Below, one piece after another: positions 57,191 through 64,000 of a stretch of DNA of 64,000 bases. Origin of the DNA: Vicugna vicugna (taxonomy: Eukaryota); assembly GCA_013265495.1 (NCBI GenBank), contig MU061538.1, forward strand, positions 1,693,339-1,757,338, given 5' to 3'. Every line of letters starts with the position of its first letter. Position 1 is the stretch's first letter. The position numbers and the translations under genes are program-made. The notes under the pieces were generated by a model that saw only the letters and a list, made by a program, of their open reading frames with translations, searched no databases and was not told where the DNA came from.

Positions 57191-59213
57191 GCTCATGGAG
57201 TCAGAAAAATCTCCAGGAAATTCTCAGCACGGGCTTGTGACACCCTCAGCCACTGGCCTGGTGGAGCACACTGTCCCCCGCCCCCAACAGCTGCGTCCCA
57301 GGGACCCATCCTCCATCCTTCACACACTAACTGAGGATCATCCAGCAGGCGGCACTTGTCTGAAAACCAAGCCCTCTGTAAAGAGCCAGTCGGAGACGCC
57401 GCAGTGCGCTCGCAAACCTCCGGCATTCAGCATGCCCGCTACCAGGGCCCTGCGCCACCCCAGACTTCCCAGGAGCGCCCCAGCTGCCTGAGTCCCATGT
57501 CTGCGGGGATGTGACTGCCTGGCCCTTCAGGGGAAGGGTGGTACCCACGAGCCCTTGACATCTCTGGGCAAGAAAGCTCCCAAGTGGCGCAGGTGGCTGG
57601 GGGTCTCGGGAGCAGCTCTCCACACTGGCAGGTCAATCCCCAGCTGTCACCACCCGGTCCCTGGGGGTGGTCACGTTCCCCAGGGCACAGCCGAGGAATT
57701 CTGACCATGGAGGGAGAGGTGGTGCAGGCTCCCGGCAGTTGTCAGTGGGACCGAGATGGCTGTGTCCACAAGAGGGTCACTGGTGGGCCAGAGGGAGGGG
57801 GCGCAGAGTGGTCACACTGATAAAATAACCTGTGCCCTTGTGAGAAGTGCTCACATGACGAGCAAAGATTTAAATGAGACCTTGGAAGCCCTGAGTGTCA
57901 CCAGGTGAAGACCAGCCTGGACCCGAGCAGGCGCTGCTTCTGGCTGACCTGTGGGAGGCGAGGGCCCCCCAGGGACACCCTCCCTGCACAGGTCCTGGGG
58001 GGGGAGCCCCGCCCACCTCAGGCTGAGAGGGTGGTCACCCCTCGGCTGAGACACAGGTGTGCACCTTTGAGGGAGCCCGCCGTCCAGGGAACTCAGGGCT
58101 AACCTTCATCCCCGTGTCAAACTCACTTCTCTGTTCTCCATGTTGGATGGAGATGTTTCTGGAAAAGTGCTACATTTCTCTGCTCCATTAAAGTTCAGAC
58201 TGAACAAAATCTACCTCCTCCGTGAGCTCAAATCATCGCTTTTCACAGCAGCTGAGCCTCGCCCCGCACTTCCAGCCACCGCCCGCCCTGGACGCCCCGC
58301 CGCGGCTCCCCGAGCCCCTGCGCCTGGCCGTTGTCCCATGTCTTCCCTCGCTCCCCCGACGCCTGGCTCCTCCAGAGGCCAGCCTCTCGGAATCTTTCCC
58401 CTGTCTTTTGATGTTTTATTTCTAAAACTGTTGGATGCTTGCAACCAGACGAGTAAGTCAGTTAGAAATTTTCCAAGGGCAAAGGGACCACAAATGAGGG
58501 TCTGGAAGTCCATTTTCTGCGTAGGGTTGAGCGTGGACCTATGACATCTGTTTGAGGACCAGAGTCCCTCTCACCCTCCTTCTGGTCACCAGGTGTGTTC
58601 TAAATAATCAAAGCTGCGTGTCAGGTGGGCTCCCCGTAGGTGAACAGCCGGTGTATCTGCGAAAGGCCTTGCGGGGCTGTCCCCTGGTGTCACCGGTCCT
58701 GGATGATGTGAGCTACGAGAAAGGGGCCCAGGGGTCTCCTGACTCATCAGAGGAAGCGGGAGGAGCACTTAGACAGCTGGTCCCGTCTTCCTGAGGGTGG
58801 ACGTCTGGGGGTTGCTGGCTGAGGGCTGGGATCTCGTGAGGTCTCTCGGAGGCTCAGGGGCTGCAAGGCTGGTGACCGTGCCAGTACGCGTGGTGACACC
58901 CCACCATGCCTGGCATCGTAGGACACCTTCTAAACCAGGTGTGCCATCTTCAGGGGCCGAGAGCCAGCCTGGGGAGCAGAAGGCATGCGCCTCTGCTCTG
59001 CTTCCACCGGCTCCCTCCAGCCCTCACCTCCAGGCCGGCTCAATTTGCTTCTCAGCGAAATGGGACTGTCAGTGCCTCCCCTGAAAACTGCCAGGAAGCT
59101 TCCATTAGAAAAAGGAGGAGCTCTGAGAAGCTGGGGAGCCTGTCCCCTCTAGAGCAGGGGGTGCCCTCTTCTCTGCACACACAGCACTTAGCATCTGGGG
59201 TATTGCTTTGGCT

Positions 59214-59227
59214 GTGACTCAGCAAAT
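59214..59227 (+). promoter_or_regulatory. NRF2/NF-E2-sMAF antioxidant response element-like motif
   Basis: GTGACTCAGCAAAT matches RTGACTCAGCA plus an AT-rich flank; motif match only. Confidence 0.4.
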
Positions 59228-61149
59228 CGGGCAGCCAAACCGGCTCAGCGCAGAGCCTCTCGGCCCAGCAGCTCCTCTCCTCCCTCTCCCTTAGTGCCTG
59301 GAACCCAAGAGGCACTTGAGGAAAAAGGCTTTCCATCCAGCACCTTCTAGAAGCTTCCTGGCCTTGGCTCCTGGCTCCACGGGCCAGGGTTCACCTCACA
59401 CCCCATTCCCTGTGCCTCCTGCATGCACAGCAGACACAGGCTGCAGCCCCAACGCGAGGTTCGGGAGCAGTGGGCCCCTCCCCAGCCATGTGACTGAGAG
59501 GCCCAGGGTCGCCCACCTCCTCCCTCAAGCCCCCGGCTCTCTCAGGCCCTCTACTCTGACCCAGCTCCAGATCTGGGTCCCACTCATGGAGCTCCCAACT
59601 TTATCTGATGAGCACAGCACCCCTCTGAGAAACCTCCAACTTCTCATCCATAGAGGCCCATCACAGCAGCACTCGGGGAGCCGGCCGAGAAAGCTGGGTT
59701 ACAGAACCATGGACAGCTACCCCGAACCGTGATGCAGCGGACAAGGCCAGCCCGCCTCCCTCCTCACGGCTGGCCATCCCCACCTGCTCCCGGCAGCAAA
59801 GCTCCAGGGCTCTGGCCAGCTGGGGGGCGGGAGGGGCGGGGCTGAGCCAGTACTCATCATCCCGGGCACCTCTCCTTGGTGGCGATTCTCTCTGTCCTGC
59901 TGTGAGTCAGTCCTCTCAAGTGATGAACACCCAGGAGGGAGGGCCAGGCCTGCTGTGGCCCACACCAGAGGCCCATTGCAGCATCCTCTGCCTGATGCCC
60001 CACCTCGGTCGTCGCAGGAGGGCGGAGGGACCCGCTTACCCCTGACCCCTGACCCCTCGGCGCTGCTGCGAAGGAGGCCACCTCCAGCACTGACCCAGGG
60101 CAACTGCATCAGGTGGAGGCAGCAGGGGGTGTGGCAGACTGGACGAGGATGGAGCATGGGTCCCTCCTTACCCCAAGGAGGGGTGGCACCTGGTACGGTG
60201 TGCTCTCGAGGCCTCCAGGTGACACGCTTCCTGGTGAGTCAAAACAGCCTCAATCGTGAGTAAGTAAGAGAAGTGCTCTAACTTGTCCCAAGCGCCACCC
60301 CTCCTCCTGCTGTCAAGTCCCTTTTGCCTCATACTCACCTGGGGGCTGTCAACGAAGGGGTCCTGGGCATGAGCATCCTGCCCGTGGGGGTCCAGAGCGC
60401 CTCATCCTGCCCTCAGCCATGGTCCCGGGGGAGGGCGGCCAGCCAGGGAAGCCGGACGCCAGCCTTTCAGGGGGGCTCCAGGAGTGCTGAGGGCCACGCG
60501 AGCAGGAGCTGCCACCGCACGAGAGCTGCCTGCTGAGGAAGTCAGTGGGGTTGTAACCACACAGCAGACGGAGCTCAGCTGGACCACAGGCACCTGCTGC
60601 GGCAAACACACCACGTGCTGAGGAACGTTTGAAACATACCTGGGAAGGAATAAAGAGAAAGCCTCAGGCGCCTGTGAAAGTCATCCTGGACTCAGGTCCT
60701 TACTCTCACGGACTGATGCTGTGACTGCCCGTGGTCGTCGGGCCAGCTGCAGGCCCAGGGGCTGGGTGTTCATAGCGAAGAGAGCTGGCCTCCACTGCTG
60801 CGAGGCCCTGGTGCCGACTCCTGGAAGGGCCTCTCCTGCAATGAAGAAGCCGGAAGGGAGCTGGGGAAGCCCCACCCATCACCTCGGAGAAGCAAGAGAG
60901 AAACCTGACTCTGCCCAGGACTCGGGGTCAGGAATGCACCCTCCTCGGGAGGAACTGGAGATCCCGGCCGGGCCACGGGTGGGTGTGGTCTCCAGCTCTC
61001 ACCACGGGCACACCGCATGGTGCCCCAGCTGAGAAATTAGCTCCAGTCCCTCAGGTGCAGAAGCAAGTGTAAAACCCTCCCCTGCTGGGGTCTCAGCCCT
61101 TGACCTTGGCGCACAGTTGGGACCCATCGCCTTAGTGATTTCTTCGATC

Positions 61150-61280
61150 ACATCTCTTGCCTGGAATGAACATGGTGAGGCCAGGAGTCGGGTCTCACAT
61201 TTGTATTGAGGACATACCTCACGTGGTCTTAGCGCATCTTAGGCGTCAACGGCACGTCCGTGAAATGAACGAATGAGGGG
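61150..61280 (+). mobile_element. L2 3' end (degenerate)
   Basis: GGTGAGGCCAGGAGTCGGGTCTC...CTTAGCGCATCTTAGGCGTCAACGGCACGTCCGTGAAATGAACGAATGA. Confidence 0.45.
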
Positions 61281-61479
61281 ACGTATGAATACACGATAGG
61301 AAATAAACCAGGGAACAAGCTTGTCGCAGTGTCTCCAGCACCCAGAAAACGCCGGCACGTGTGGTCCTGGAATTCTGGGCTGGTCCACGGACTGGACCCT
61401 GAATCGGTGGGATGAAAGTAACATGAAGGGAGAGCTCTGATCTGAGGGTGGAGGTGTGTGTTCTGGTTCAAGCTGTGCC

Positions 61480-61600
61480 CAGCTCTGCGACCTCTGACAT
61501 AAGCAAGCAGCTTGGGTTAGACCAGCCTCGGCTTCCTCACCTGTAAAAATCAGGGGTTGGGCCAGATTTCTCATTTTCCTTCTGAAGTTCTTGAACTTCA
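61480..61600 (+). mobile_element. MIR3-like fragment
   Basis: CCAGCCTCGGCTTCCTCACCTGTAAAAATCAGGGGTTGGGCCAGAT. Confidence 0.55.
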
Positions 61601-64000
61601 GTGATGCTCTCCAGAGATGACATCACATGAGCTTTTTTTTTTTTTTTTGATGAGTCAGAAACTCAAAGGTTTCCTGGGATGTCTGTGGATGGGGCATGGC
61701 TCAGAGACAGGGATCATTTTCTAGACCACATTCCGTGCCTTCTTTTATGGTAGCCGTCTGAGCACTCTCTGTGTGTTTTGATTTTTCATTCTTGCTCTCT
61801 GAATGATGATTTATCTGGCTTTCAGAATAGAAGGCTGAAAGGCCTAATTGTGTGTGTGGCTTCTGGGGTCACTTAGATTTATAAATATTTTAATAGGATT
61901 TTTATTTCTTCATAACAAATATCTTAGAAACCTTTGTACCAGGAGCAAATTCCGTGTTTTTTCTACAGAACTTATCTTGAGAGAGAGAGAAAAAAGACTC
62001 GAGAAAATGGTCACAATTTTAGAAGTCTTTAAAGAGCGCATGGCAGTCACAGCTGGCTTAACCCCTCCTCTGCTCTGATGGCCCCGACTGCCCATCACCC
62101 CTTCCAGAGCTCCACGTCCACACACCGTCTGAGCCGACTGGAGGAGCAGCTGTGCCTCATTCTAATCTGACTCCTTAAGGAACATCTAACTGTGTAAATA
62201 AGACTTACAAGATAGTGAAACCTCTAGTTGGAGAAACTACAAAGTCAAGTTAGACAACAGAAAATCCCGCAGTTTAGTGATCGAACCACCCAGACGTATT
62301 AGCAAAACACACTGAGACCAGGGCAGGGAGAGGGTCCAGGGCCAGGAGGATGTGAAAACGGGCGCCTGGAGGGGTGGGGGCTGTGGTCCTAAAGTCACCC
62401 CTCACAGCCACACCTGCTGCCACCAGCTCCCAGCCCAACGCAGCCAGGAAGATGTGGGTCCAAGTTTGAAAGCTCCTTGCATAAAATTATTGGTTTACCT
62501 CTGACCTGAAGCCGGCTCTTTTCACTCAATCCATCCTCTTCTGCCGAATCTAAGACCTGATAAAATCTCGCTCAGAAAAATCAATCACCCCAGGTTGTGT
62601 CTATGTGGCACCAAATCTGTCTCTGAAAACCAAGAAAGACAGTCTGTTCCAGGGACTCAGATGTTTGCCGCTCTGAAGACACAGACACCCACACGCGTTT
62701 CTTTTCAGTGCGGTGGGCAGAGGATGAAATGTGGGAGCACACTCTGCATATTAACCTAACAGTTCAGCACAAGAATAAATACTGTCTGGCCTTGAATACC
62801 ATCATAGTAAAATGTATTATTGCCCGTGGAACTACTCAGATGGTGTTATGATGCTGGAAGCCAAAAGATGACAGCAGAATTGAACTACTGCCCAAAAGCA
62901 ATTACTGATTAGAATTGATTATTTCTACAAAGAAAGGTGACCGACGGATTCGTTGTCACATTACAGCAGATTCGGGCAAAACTGCCACAATTGTTCAAGG
63001 GCCAGAGCTGCCCAACGGTAGATGGGAACAGAGAACATCAAGACAAGGATTCCTCCGGATGCGCGGCCATAAACTGGAACTTGACAGAATGCTGATGCCA
63101 CTGCTGGGCTCTCCCAGCTCATCCTGGAAAGACCCCATACTCCAGCCCGCTTCCGTCAGACGAAGTCACACCAGCCTGTCATGACACCCAGAGGTGAGTC
63201 AGTAGTGTTTAAAAGCAAGCCACGCTTCTGCTGTGGCTGCTGCTTCGACGGGGAATTATAAAAATACAGGGCTCACTTAAACACACGCTAAGTTAATGGG
63301 CAGTGATGCGGCTGAAGAGCTGGCGGTGCAGGCGCGCCTCACTGGATTTGCCTCATTACACGTCTTACTGCCCCTTTCATAGCACTGCTGCCTCAGGTCT
63401 GTGAACTTCATACCTACTTCTTCCCTAATCGCTGAATCAAAACGCCACGTGATCGCTCCGGCGTGCAACCTTACAGCTGCTCCCAAGCACATCGACGCCT
63501 GCATCCTGTGGAGGGACGGCTCTCCCAGCCTTTCCGTGGTGGCATTTTAAGACCTGAAGGTGAACATTCTTGACCAATCTGATACAAAAGATCCCCCCGG
63601 CCACTCCACCACCTCCCACCCCACCCCTCCTGCACCAAACAAAGCACAACAAAGTCAGGGCATAAATACATCAGGGTAAGAAAGAGCACACGGACACAGC
63701 ATCCAACACGGCCCGCCGGCGGCGAGGGGCGAGAGATGCCACGACAGCCGGGCGCATACTTGGCCTGCTCCCAGGGCACGGGGACTGAGCGGTTACCATG
63801 GCGGGATGGGGCCAGAGGGAGGGCTCCAGAGGGCAGGCTTTGTCTGGGCGCTGCTCAAACAGAGAGCTGGGATTCAGTCTGTTGGTTTGTGTACTTTGGG
63901 GTGAGCCGTCCCCACGCTGAAAAGGCCGAGAGGAGCAGCGTTGGGCTCGTCTTGATCTCATGCCTTCGGGTTTCTCTTGGCATCCCGGCGCTCCCCCTCC

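Noticed and set aside
62966..63193. Possible plus-strand coding exon ending at GAG|GTGAGT
   Set aside because: All three frames contain a stop before the donor; at most a non-coding exon, with no other support.
1..64000. A named gene or a novel multi-gene biological system
   Set aside because: No recognisable coding exons, RNA genes or unusual gene clusters. The content is explained by ordinary mammalian repeats plus putative regulatory DNA, and the locus could not be identified from sequence alone.

Overview
64 kb of eutherian genomic DNA, GC-rich and essentially non-coding (intergenic or deep intronic), with two assembly gaps (23876-24621, 51207-51330). Three tRNA-Ala-derived SINEs of the vic-1 type and young artiodactyl-type L1 3' ends point to a camelid genome (inference). 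No recognisable protein-coding gene is present. The only ORFs with a known identity are L1 ORF2 remnants and a CR1/L3 RT relic; the other ORF-track entries look like chance ORFs in GC-rich DNA. The best-supported features are: a young 5'-inverted (twin-primed) L1 with a 13-bp TSD and a seamless junction (34265-35902); a young L1 3' end nested in an older L1 (54370-56790); old L1M/L2/MIR/L3 fragments; DNA-transposon MITEs (MER53, MER2B inside MER58B, MER94-like); MaLR LTRs; a 33-bp minisatellite; a GA-rich repeat grown from an L2 tail; and two CpG islands. Weaker signals suggest an unidentified minus-strand transcript (TATA-like promoter and donor near 14.1 kb; stop-free 217-nt exon at 142-358) and several enhancer-like islands. 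I found no convincing evidence for a novel biological system. Repeat subfamily names come from recalled consensus sequences, not from a database search.
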